DNA from: Chiloscyllium plagiosum
Taxonomy: Eukaryota
Reading direction: 5' to 3'
NCBI RefSeq assembly: GCF_004010195.1
Contig: NC_057749.1
Coordinates: forward strand, 11,189,745 to 11,253,744
DNA: 64,000 nt
Both the position numbers and the translations under genes were made by a program. This document shows, piece by piece, positions 38,606 to 49,554 of the stretch; within the stretch, counting starts at the first letter, position 1; each line of letters begins with the position of its first letter. The notes beneath the pieces were generated by a model. The model saw only the letters and a list, made by a program, of their open reading frames with translations. It made no database searches and had not been told where the DNA came from.

Positions 38606-40211
38606 ACAGTTAAAACTCTAACTTCAAAAAGTAGTATTCTAAACACACAAACTATGAAGTCAATAAGTGCAACACTCCGCTCATTGAAAATATGCAGTAA
38701 CATTTTACATGGCGTTTAGGGGGCAGAACAGTATCTTGATTGCCATCTCCTACAAATATTCCTATTGAATTTCTTCAGCACTTTATCTGATTTTATCTTG
38801 ATCATCCCTATACCAATTAAAAGTGGAAACATTTCAAATTCTCACATGAATGACTTAATTAGTTGTAATCCTTTTATAAATTCAAAGAATATTAATTGGT
38901 TCACAATGTCTTTATCCTTTCATTAGCCAGCATTTGTCACCCATCCCTAATTCCTCAAGGTGGCAAAATGCTACCTTGAATTACTACTGTCTGTCTAGTG
39001 TAAGTACATCCATAAAGCTAGAGGGAAATCCAGGATTTTGACTCAGCAACTAAAGGAATATTAACAGTTATAGTTCCAAGACTGCATGGTGTGGGGCTTC
39101 CTGGGGAACTTGCAGGTGGTGGTACTGCCACACCTGTTCTATCCTCCTAAGTGGTAGAAGTTGTGGTGGTTTGTATTGTACACAGTGAGCAGTTACAGCT
39201 ATTGGATGTGATCCTTAATTAGGAATATTTTAGTTACACTTCCGACAGTTTTTGGAGCTTTGATTTTGTAAATGATTCTCCAGTCCTGATGGAATTTGCG
39301 TAACATTACAAATTGACCTTCCAAATGCGTGTCAAATGTAATCTGATTCCAATGTTCATCTGCTAGTGCACACCAGATTATTTAAACTGAAATAATTTTT
39401 CATCATTCCCTAATCCTCCAGTTACCATTTATTCCTACTTGCTCATTCATAACACTTCAATCTCATTAGGTATCCAAATATTTCCTGCTCTGAATACCAG
39501 CTTCCCCAGTGCCTATGGCCTCGACAGCCATCCTAAACTGATCTAGAGATGTACCCAATATCCAAGCTGACCCTTCAGAATCAGTAAATTTTGGGTTCCA
39601 CTACAGAAATGAAACATTATGACTTCAAAAATTAAAGGTGTAAAGAAGTTGAGGGTATCTTCAGGTTGTGAAAAGTGCAATATAAATAATTATGCTGTTG
39701 CAAAGCCTTGATGAATTGGACAGGTCCTCCAATGGTGCAGGTGCCATAACATGCTTTGCAGTTGAAAGCCTAAGGTTACAAATATGTTAACTTTTTTGGA
39801 AATGAAATTTTCTAATGTAGAAATATAGGAGACAATTCACATTCTATGTTGACTGTTCAAGAATAGGAACAGAAATGTTCCAAAAGGATAGTACAGCACT
39901 GGACCTTTTTCTACAATAGAATAAAAAGGGAGTGAATTTAATTTGGCATTAAAGGGCCCTGAGACCACAGCTGCAGTTCTGAGTACTTTTTATTCTCTCA
40001 GGAGACCTGGTTATCACTTGCTGACCAGTAATTATTGCCTGTCCTAAGTTGCCCTTGAAGGCTGCCTCCTTGAACTGTTGCAGTCCACCTGGATCACATC
40101 TTCAGACACACTTGGAAGTGAGTGTTGTGTAGATGACCAGAAAGTTACCTGGACTCCAAGGGTTACACCAAGAAACTTATAAATTCAAAATATAATGGGT
40201 GCTAGAGACTT

Positions 40212-40410
40212 AAAATATAAACTGCAAATGCTGGATAAACTCCGGTCTGGCAGTATTTGTGGAAAGAGAAACAGAATGAATGTTCCAAATGATATGGCTC
40301 TTCAGACTTTCTGAAGCTATCAAATTCTTAACTGTCTCTCGGCAGCTGCTGCCATACCTTCTGAGTTTAACCAGCAGTTTGTTTATATTTGAGATCTCCA
40401 GCCTTTTGTT
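40212..40410. mobile_element. Degenerate fold-back PLE terminus
   Basis: AAATATAAACTGCAAATGCTGG ... CCAGCAGTTTGTTTATATTT inverted ends, centred on CTTCAGA/TCTGAAG. Confidence 0.5.
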
Positions 40411-40684
40411 ATTGATGTTAAAGTTGCTAGAAATTACAAAATGAAGGTGTATTGAGAAAGCTGTTTTCACTGCTCAGGAAGTCTAGGATGAGGATGTAGT
40501 CTCAAAATAATGGGCCCTTCGTGAATGAAATTAGACAACACTTTTACAATCAGTGGAATAATGGAACATTCTTCTTGAAACTGCATATTAATGCTAGGTC
40601 AATTTTTAATTCTAAATCTGAGATGGAATTTGCAGTTAACTTTTCCACCCACCTTTAATACTTATCTCCAGACACTATCCTAAT

Positions 40685-43600
40685 GCTAAATGAGTGAAAT
40701 TCTTAATGAGTACTTTGCATTGGTATTCACCGAGAGGGAAAGGAGTGGTGTTGAGGTTGGGGATAGATGTTTGATTACTCGAGGTCAAGTTGGCATTACA
40801 AGGGAGGAAGTGTTGGGTATTCTAAAAGGCATTAAGGTGGACAAATACCCAGGTCCAGGTGGGATCTATCCCAGGTTACTGAGGGAGGTGAGAAGAATAG
40901 TTGGGACTTGAAAACTGTCCACATTAGAGGAAGAAGTACTGGATGGCTTGAAACGCATAAAAGTACATAAGTCCCCAGGACCTGATCAGGTGTACCCTAG
41001 AACTCTGGGAAGCTACAGAAGTGATAGCTCGGCCTCCTTACTGAGAAATTTGTATCATCGATAGTCACAGGTGAGGTGCCGGAAGACTGGAGGTTGGCTA
41101 ACGTGGTGCCACTGTTTAAGAAAGGTGGTAAAGACAAGTCAGGGAACTATAGACCAGTGAGCCTGATGTCAATGGTGGGCAAGTTATTGGATGGAATCCT
41201 GAGGGACAGGATTTACACGTATTTGGAAAGGAAAGGACTGATTAGGGATAGTCAATATGGCTTTGCGTGGGAAATCATGTCTCTCAAACTTGATTTGAGT
41301 TTTTTGAAGAAGTAACAAAGAGGATTGATAAGGGCAGAGCAGTAGAAGTGATCTATAAGGACTTCAGTAAGGCATTCAACAAGATTCACCATGGGAGATT
41401 GGTTAGCAAGGTTAGATCTCACTGAATACAGAGAACTCTCCATTTGGATACAGAACTGGCTCAAAGGTAGAAGACAGAGGGGTGTGTGGAGGGTTGCTTT
41501 TCAGACTGGAGGCCTGTGACCAGTGGAGTGCTAAAAGGGTCGGTGCTGGATCCACTACTTTTCTTCATTTTATATAAATGATTTGGATGTGAGCATAAGA
41601 GGTATAGTTAGTAAGTTTGCAGATGACACCAAAATTGGAGGTGTAGTGAACAGCGAAGAAGGTTACCTCCGATCACAACAGGATCTTGATCAGATCAGCC
41701 AATGGGCTGAGAAGTAGCAGATGGAGTTTGATTGAGATAAATGTGAGGTGATGCATTTTGGGAAAGCAAATCTTAGCAGGACTTCTACACCTTAATGGTA
41801 AGGTCCTAGGGAGTATTGCTGAACAAAGAGACCTTGGAGTCGCAGGTAGATAGGATAGTGAAGGAGAAGTCTGGTATGCTTTTCTGTATTGGTCAAGGGT
41901 ATTGAGTACAGGAGAGAGATAAGAGACCCGGGGGCAACTTTTTCATGCAGAGGGTGGTACGTGTATGTAATGAGCTGCTAGAGTAAGTGGTGGAGGCTGG
42001 TACAATTGCAACATTTAAGGCATCTAGATGAGTTTATGAATAGGAAGGGTTTGGAGAGATATGGGTCAGGTACTGGCAGGTGGGACTAGATTGGGTTAGG
42101 ATATCTGGTTGGACCAAAGAGTCTGTTTCCGTGCTGTACATCTGACTCTAACTGTAGCAGTGATAATCAAGGTAATTATAGACCAGTGAACCTGATGTCA
42201 GTGGTAGGAAAGCTGGAGAAGATATTGAGGGATAGAATGTATTCCCATTTGGAAGAAAATGGGCTTATCAGTGATAGGCAACATGGTTTTGTGCAGGGAA
42301 GGTTATGTCTTACCAACTTAATGGATTTCTTTTGCGGAAGTGACAAAGTTGATTGAGGGACGGGTTGTAGATGTGTGGACTTCAGTACAGCATTAGATAA
42401 GGCTCCCATGTTAGACTGACGAAGTCGCACGTGGTCCAGAGTGTACTAGCTAGATGGATAAAACTGGCTGGGCAGGAGGAGTCAGTATTGAAAAATTATA
42501 GGCTGATAATCTCTAAATTCTTGGAAGCGTAGGGTTAGATTAGAACAAGTCAGCATGGATTTAGTAAGGGGAGCTTGTGCCTGACACACTTGTTAGAATT
42601 CTTTGAACAGAAAACTAGTTTAGACCAGGGAAAACTAATGGATGTTATCTATCTGACTTCCAAAAGGCCTTTAAGGTGCCTCATGGGAGGCTACTGAGTA
42701 AGGTGAACGCCCATGGTATTCGAGGTGAGCTACTGGCATGGATTGAATATTGGCTATTTGGCAGAAGACAGTTAGATAAAAGGTTCTTTTTTGGAATGGC
42801 AACCAGTGACAAGTGTTGTCCCACAGGGTTCAGTGTTGGGGCTACAGCTGTTCACTTTTATATAAAAATGATCTGGATGAAAGGACTAGGGGCATTCTAA
42901 GTGGACAGGCAGGTGGTACTGAGGAGGTGGGGAGGCTGCAGAAAGATTTTGACAGTTTGTGTGGTCCAGGAAATTCAATGTGACAAATGCAAGGTTTTGC
43001 ACTTCGGGGGTGGGGTGGGAAGAATATAGGCGTGGGCTATTTTCTAAATGGTGAGAAAATTCATAAAGCCAAAGTACAAAGGGATCTGGGAGTGCTCCTC
43101 CAGGACACTCTAAAGGTTAACTTGCAGGTTAAGTGATTAAGTAAATGTAATGCTGTCATTTATCTCAAGAGGGTTGGTATATAAAGGCAGCAATGTGCTT
43201 CTGATACTTAAATTTCTTGTCAGGCCCCATTTAGAATACTGTGTCCAATTTTGGGCAACACACCTTCAGGAAGGATAGACTGGTACTGGAGCGTGTCCAG
43301 TGGAAATTCACATGGATGATCCCTGGGAGTGTATTCATTTGTGTTTAGAAGGTTGAGGGGAGATCTATTAGAAACGTACAAGATGATGATGTATTGCTTA
43401 GAAAGGGTGGATGCTGGGAAGTTTTGTTAGGTGCAGAGACTGTGCCTCACAGGCACAGCCTTAGAATTACAGGGGGTCAATTTAGAAAGGAAATGAGACG
43501 TTTCTTCAGCCTGCGATAGGGTTAGAGTGGTAGGCCTGTGGAATTCATTGCCACAGAGCACAGTGGAGGCCAGGTCGTTAAATGTCTTCAAGGCTGAGAT

Positions 43601-44735
43601 TGATAAATTCTTGTTCTCTCAAAGAATTAAGGGCTATGGGGACAGTACAGGTAAGTGGAGTTGAAATACCATCAGCCATGATTAAATGGCAGAGTGGACT
43701 CAATGGGCTGAATGGCCTGCCTTCCAATCCTATGTCTTATGGTCTAAGGGAGTTTCTGAAAATGGAGACCTATGACCAGTGGTGGTCCACAGGCATCCAT
43801 GCTGGGACCAATGTTTGTGATATGTAAGTGATCTGCAGGAAGGTATAGGAGATCTGATTAGCAAGTTTGCAGATGGTACTAAGATTGTTGGAGCAGCAGA
43901 TTATGAAGCAGACTGTCAGAATACAGCAGAATATAGATTGGAGTGTTGGATGGAGAAATGGCAGATGGAATTCAATCCGCACAAATGCGAGGTGATGCAT
44001 TTTGGAAGATCCAATTAAAGAGCAAACTAGACATAAATAAGGTCCTGGAGAAAATTGATGTACAGAGATCTGTGTTCAGGTCCATTATTCCCTAAAGTTG
44101 ACAATGCAGGTCAATAGTGGTCAAGAAGGCATACGGCATGCTTTCCTTCAACAGATGTGGTATTAAGTACAAGAGTTGGCAGGTCATCTTAGTTGTATAA
44201 GACTTTGATTTGGCCACATTTGGAATACTGTGTACAGTTCTGGTTGCCACATTAACAAAAGGATGTGGATGCTTTGCAGAGGGTGCATAGGAGGTTCACG
44301 AGGATGTTTCCTAGTATGGAAGGTGTGAGCTAGGAAGAGACGTTGAGTAGGTTAAGATTATTTTCATTAAAAAGACTGAGGTTCAGGGGGGACCTGATTG
44401 AGATCTACAAAATCATGAGTAGGATAGACAGGGTGAATAGCAAGAAACTTTCCCCCAGACTGGGGGACTCCATTACTATGGGTCATGAGTTCAAATTGAG
44501 GGGGGGGAAAGGTTTAGGAAAGATAAGCATGGAAAGTTCTTTACACAGAGGGTGGTAAGTGCCTGGACCACATTACCAGTGGTAATGTTAGAGGTGGGTA
44601 CGATAGCATCATTTAAAATGTATCTAGACAGATACATGAATGGGCAGAGGGATACAGACCCATCAAAAATAGGCAAGATTTAGATAGACTATCTGGATCA
44701 GCACAGGCTTAGAGGGCCAAAGTTCCTGTGCTGTA
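40685..44735 (+). mobile_element. Nest of several CR1 fragments in LARP6 intron 2
   Basis: Repeated RT segments (PEDWRLANVVPLFKKG, PHGRLLSKV, RGDLIEIYKIM) and at least three 3' UTRs. Confidence 0.85.
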
Positions 44736-44875
44736 ATTTTTTTCTAGTTAAACTACAGTATTGATATAGGTTTCTCTATCCTTGTAAAGCTGCAATTCTA
44801 GCTGCAGTGGAATCAGTAAATGATATAGTAAATTGTAGCCTTTCCACATCTCACTAAACTTTCACCGTTTTGTAG

Positions 44876-45952
44876 GTGAAGCATCTCACTCGTGATTGGC
44901 AAACCACTGCTTTTGCTTTGAAGCACTCAGAGCTACTAGAACTAAATGAAGAAGGAAGAAAGGTAAGAAGGAAGACTGCTGTTCCAGTGTTTCCTAGTGA
45001 AAACCTTCCCAGTCGAATGCTGTTGATACATGATTTACACATGTGTCCGGAATTTCAATTCTTAAACCAAAATCATGAATCTGAACATGGAGGATCGCAA
45101 GAGAAGGTAATGGAGTATATATTAAAAGTATTTGGCTCGTTTGGTACGATTTCTTCTGTTCGAGTTCTAAAGCCTGGAAAGGAGCTTCCTGCAGATGTGA
45201 AAAGATTAAGTAATCGGTATTCCCAGCTGGGAGTGAAAGAGTGTGTAATTATAGAGTTTGAAGATGTTGAATCTGCAATCAAAGCACATGAAACACTTGG
45301 AAAAACTGAGGGCATGAAAGTGGTGCTGATAGGAATGAAACCACCAAAGAAGAAAGTTGTCAGAGAGAAAACCAAAGAACCTGAAGATGTTGACAAGAAT
45401 GGGTCAAAAAGCAAATCCACCAATAAGCGTGTTGAGGAGCTGCAGTACATGGGTGAAGAGTCCTCTGCATATAGCTCATCTGAAGCTGAAAGCAACCCTG
45501 CATCACCCATGCTAAGCCGTAAGCTTAAACCTAATAATCAGCTGAGCCCTAACTTCTATCAAAATCATCTAAGCCCCAATGTGTCACCTCGATCTAGCCC
45601 ATGGAATAGTCCACGTTCGAGTCCTTCAATACAGCGTAAAAACACAATTCCCTGTAAATCTACACTTGCTGTCGATGCAAAACTCAATGTTGTAACTTCA
45701 GAAGTTACAAGTAAGTGGACTGACTATTCATCCGACAGTAGTAATACACCATCAGGCAGTCCTTGGGTACAGAGACGAAAGCAAGCACACGCATTATCAC
45801 ATGAGAACAGTCCTGTCGACAGCCCTATGCTTACCCGAAAAATGCATAATGCAGGTGGACTACCACGAGGAGTAATGCGTTTACCCAGAGGGCCAGATGG
45901 TACAAAAGGATTCCAAACTCATGCTGAAAGGAATAAGCCACTTGTAATCTGA
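44876..45952 (+). CDS. LARP6: LARP6 exon 3 (end of La motif, RRM, LSA/SUZ-C-like C-terminus)
   Basis: tttgtag acceptor; 358-aa frame VKHLTRDW...FGSFGTISSVRVLKPGKELP...DYSSDSSNTPSGSPWVQRR...RLPRGPDGTKGF, closely matching recalled LARP6; stop TGA 45950-45952. Confidence 0.97.
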   Translation: MKHLTRDWQTTAFALKHSELLELNEEGRKVRRKTAVPVFPSENLPSRMLLIHDLHMCPEFQFLNQNHESEHGGSQEKVMEYILKVFGSFGTISSVRVLKPGKELPADVKRLSNRYSQLGVKECVIIEFEDVESAIKAHETLGKTEGMKVVLIGMKPPKKKVVREKTKEPEDVDKNGSKSKSTNKRVEELQYMGEESSAYSSSEAESNPASPMLSRKLKPNNQLSPNFYQNHLSPNVSPRSSPWNSPRSSPSIQRKNTIPCKSTLAVDAKLNVVTSEVTSKWTDYSSDSSNTPSGSPWVQRRKQAHALSHENSPVDSPMLTRKMHNAGGLPRGVMRLPRGPDGTKGFQTHAERNKPLVI

Positions 45953-46324
45953 TGTGCTATTTTGCTTCTGTTCCCTAAAATGTACACCTTTCTATCCTTT
46001 AGAATAACTTGAGATATGTACACTATTATTGAAAATGTTATACCAAAAGTAATGGGATCAAAATGAATTTCCTAAAATTTGTACTTTTGCAGTGGTGAAC
46101 TGCAGTTGTATTATGTGCCAGTATTTTGGAAAGTATTCTAACTTTTTGTTTGAACTTTTGTTCTGCAAGACAAGTGGAAGCTTTCTAATTCAAGATGAAA
46201 CAAGAGTGGAGGAAGTATTACCTTGCAACACAAATTAAAGGAGCCACAAAAAATGTTGGCTAACTTGACATGAGAAAGTCAGCTTCTGGCTGGTTAATAG
46301 CTTTAAAACCTGAGCTGTACTTTG

Positions 46325-46405
46325 AATAAATAAATACAAAGCTTTTGCCTTGTGGTGTGTTGGTAGTCACATTTAGACAAAGGCTGTGTTACTGTTACAA
46401 ATAAA
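46325..46405 (+). terminator. Candidate LARP6 polyadenylation signals
   Basis: AATAAA at 46325-46330 (followed by GT-rich sequence) and 46400-46405, about 370-450 nt after the stop codon. Confidence 0.5.
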
Positions 46406-46732
46406 TGCAGATTAAGCAATTTATTTTGTTTATACATTTAATTTGTGAAAAGTCAATTTTCCCCTCATCCCCTACCAGTGCTCTGACCTTCGTTTGAATT
46501 CCATGCTACTGTTTCTCACTACTTTTAAGCCAAGTGGCTCTACCTGAGTTTGATAGCAGCAGCCACTATTTACTTGTGCTTGTAAACATTAGCAGAAACT
46601 AGAGCTTGTACCTGAAATCACATCTACATATAACGTAGATTTTGTAAATTAGGAATTAAAACTTGAACAAGGAAGATAAGAGCAGAGTTGTGAAAATTGG
46701 GCTGAATCCAAGTGAAGTATCTTTTTCTTGCT

Positions 46733-47020
46733 GTTGTGGTTCTGTTCGCCGAGCTGGAAGTTTTTGTTGCAAACGTTTTGTCCCCTGGCTAGGCGACATC
46801 ATCAGTGCTTGGGAGCCTCCTGCGAAGTGCTTCTTTGATGTTTCCTCCGGTGTTTATAGTGGTCTGCCCCTGCCAAAGAAGCACTTCGCAGGAGGCTCCC
46901 AAGCACTGATGATGTCACCTAGCCAGGGGACGAAACGTTCGCAACAAAAACTTCCAGCTCGGCGAACAGAACCACAACACCGAGCACCCGAGCTACAACT
47001 CTTCTCCCAAACCTTGAACA
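46733..47020. mobile_element. Fold-back PLE insertion (106-bp arms), same family as 28543-29108
   Basis: Arms 46732-46837 and 46874-46979; tail to 47020; TSD CTTTTTCTTGCT at 46721-46732 and 47021-47032. Confidence 0.9.
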
Positions 47021-48695
47021 CTTTTTCTTGCTTGTCAAGTAGGAACAAGGGTTGATAGCATGAAATATTTTTCTATATAGGAAAAAAAAACATTGAAAAA
47101 CTACATAATTTAATGGAATTAAGATCTTTAGCAGTGATCCAATTGGGAAAACTGTCAAAGGCACAACTGACTACATGGGTATACACCTACCCTGATTACT
47201 ACACCTTTCTTTGGAATTGGCACTAACTGCATTGCCTACAAATTACTAACCACCATACTGACTCAAATGTTTCAGAATTGTATATTCAAAAGTGTTTAAT
47301 AATGCTCTTCAAATGATAGTGGTAAGTAAGCTGTAATACAGGAGCCTCTTAGCTGAATATCAATTATCTGACTTTATCTAAAGACCATCTTAAGGTCTTG
47401 CAAAAACATTACATCGTGTATTGTGTATTCTGATGACCTGTACTTAAAGAACACGTGAAAGTGCTGGTGCTGGCAAAAACCAAGCACCAAGATCAGTGTC
47501 TAGAATTTTTTTTTAGATAGGGGTTAGTTACACAGCCCCTTGCAAAAGTAAGTGCTTTACAGGGTATTCCCATCACTTTACTGAAAAAAAAATGGATGAG
47601 GATGAAAATGTAAATGCATGCACAGGTGAGTTGCATATCAACTTTCTCTGTTCTTAAGTTCTCAGATTGTCAGCCTGTAAAAATTTAACACCTTTTTAAA
47701 AAATATATAAATGCTAAGAAAATACTTTCTATCATAAGTGTTCACAGAAACTGACAAATGCTCATGTGATTGCAGAAGCTGGGTGCTGGTAGGCAGGACT
47801 AGATTGAGTTAGATAGCTGGTTGGACTGTTTCCATTCTGTACATCTCTATGACTCTAAATGAACATGAGATTTCATTATGATTCTGAAGATAAATCTTTG
47901 ATTCAGCTGTTTAAGTGCATCTGCTTAACATTCAGAAACATTTACAGTCTAGTGGTGGGATGGCTTTCAAAAGGATGTCCATGTAAGGCATTTAACAAAA
48001 AATCAAATGTACTGCTGACCGAGAATCCAGTGTGATAACTAAGGGAAGCTGAGTTGAACCTGTCACATGCAATTACAGTGTATATCAGAGGTTGCCTAGC
48101 ATGTACAATGAATCGCACTGGAAGCGGATAGTCAACCTGATGTCATGTCACAGCAATCCTGGAACACCCAACAATATTCCCTATGTGCCCAAATGATTTG
48201 CAATCTAGCATAATTAAAACCATCTATATTAACATTCCACTCAAAGAAGAATACTACAGTGCTAAACATTTTAGCTGTTTATATCCACAGTATTCCATAT
48301 TTTGTCAAATTCAACTTTGACAGGTTTGTTACTTTTAATAGCTTTTTAAGGAAAATATTGAATCCATGCCATATTAAATTGTCTACAGCCCTCCACAGAA
48401 GGAAATAATCAGGAAAAAGCAATAAACCACCGCAGGTTCTAAAGGATTCCTTCATTAATCATTTCAATGATCATCATTATAGCCACTGTTAGCCTGCAAA
48501 AGCAACAGACTGCATTCTTGTTGAATTGTCTGCAAATCCTCGCCTTAGCAAAGGCAGGCAAAAATGATCCTGTACAAATATTGTACACAACAGCAGCAGA
48601 TTTTCCGACTTATCAGCAACTAGTGTTCCATAATTCAACATGGTGCTGTCACTTATTAATTCAGGGCCATCATAGAATGAAGCTTCTTGGATAGT

Positions 48696-48861
48696 TCAGA
48701 TGTAGAGAGAGCCATCTGCAGGTCCAACATACCCAATCCCAATCAGCAGAACATCTATCAAGGTCCATATTCCAAGCCCTCCGAAGCTGAAGAGTTTGCC
48801 AAGACCTTCTTTCCATTGGCCCAAATAGAAGCGGTCAGCTCCAAACCCTCCCAATGTGATG
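48696..48861 (-). CDS. TM2D3: TM2D3 last coding exon (TM2 domain with DRF motif)
   Basis: tttcag acceptor; (S)ITLGGFGADRFYLGQWKEGLGKLFSFGGLGIWTLIDVLLIGIGYVGPADGSLYI*, nearly identical to the recalled human C-terminus. Confidence 0.97.
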
Positions 48862-49554
48862 CTGAAATCAAAATTAGAACTTCCATTAAGTAAGCAGGAA
48901 ATGTTAGTCTGTGAGCAGTGTGATCTTGGCTTTCTTGTTCTCACTGCAATGCAAGAAAACTCATTTTATTAATTTAGCCAAAGCAAAATCAAAGAAAAGT
49001 GTTTCTACTGAAGTTTCCACTTGAGCTCAAAAACACAGGTACAGGAGTAGGCCATTTAGTTCCACCATTCAATATGATCATGGCTGATTGAACACTTTTA
49101 TTCATTCCCTTACCAACCCAATAACCCTGTACATCATTTTTAATCAGAAATCTATCAATCTCTATATTGAACATACTGAATGATTGAGCTTCCTTGTAGT
49201 ACAGAATTCCAAAGACTGAGATCCCCTCATTTTTAAATTGTGCTCCTTGGTTGAAGACTCCCCAACGTACACCTGCCCTGTTTATCCCTTTAAATATTTT
49301 ATAAGTCTTAAATGAGTTTACCTCTCATTTCAAAACTTGACAATACAGGCCCAGTTTCCTTAATCCCTCCACAGGAAGCTGCCAAATTTCAGCGGACAAT
49401 GCGCAAGTGACCTGTGTTCTGGGGTTAACATTTCTGGACTATGAATGAAAGAAAAATCAGCTCGAGTTCCTACTATCAATCACTGTCACTAACTTTCAGA
49501 ACACACATGAAAGGACATGGGTGAGCTGAATCAGGTTCGTTCCGCAGTTTAATA

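Noticed and set aside
45073-45510. 145-aa antisense ORF
   Set aside because: Shadow of LARP6 exon 3.
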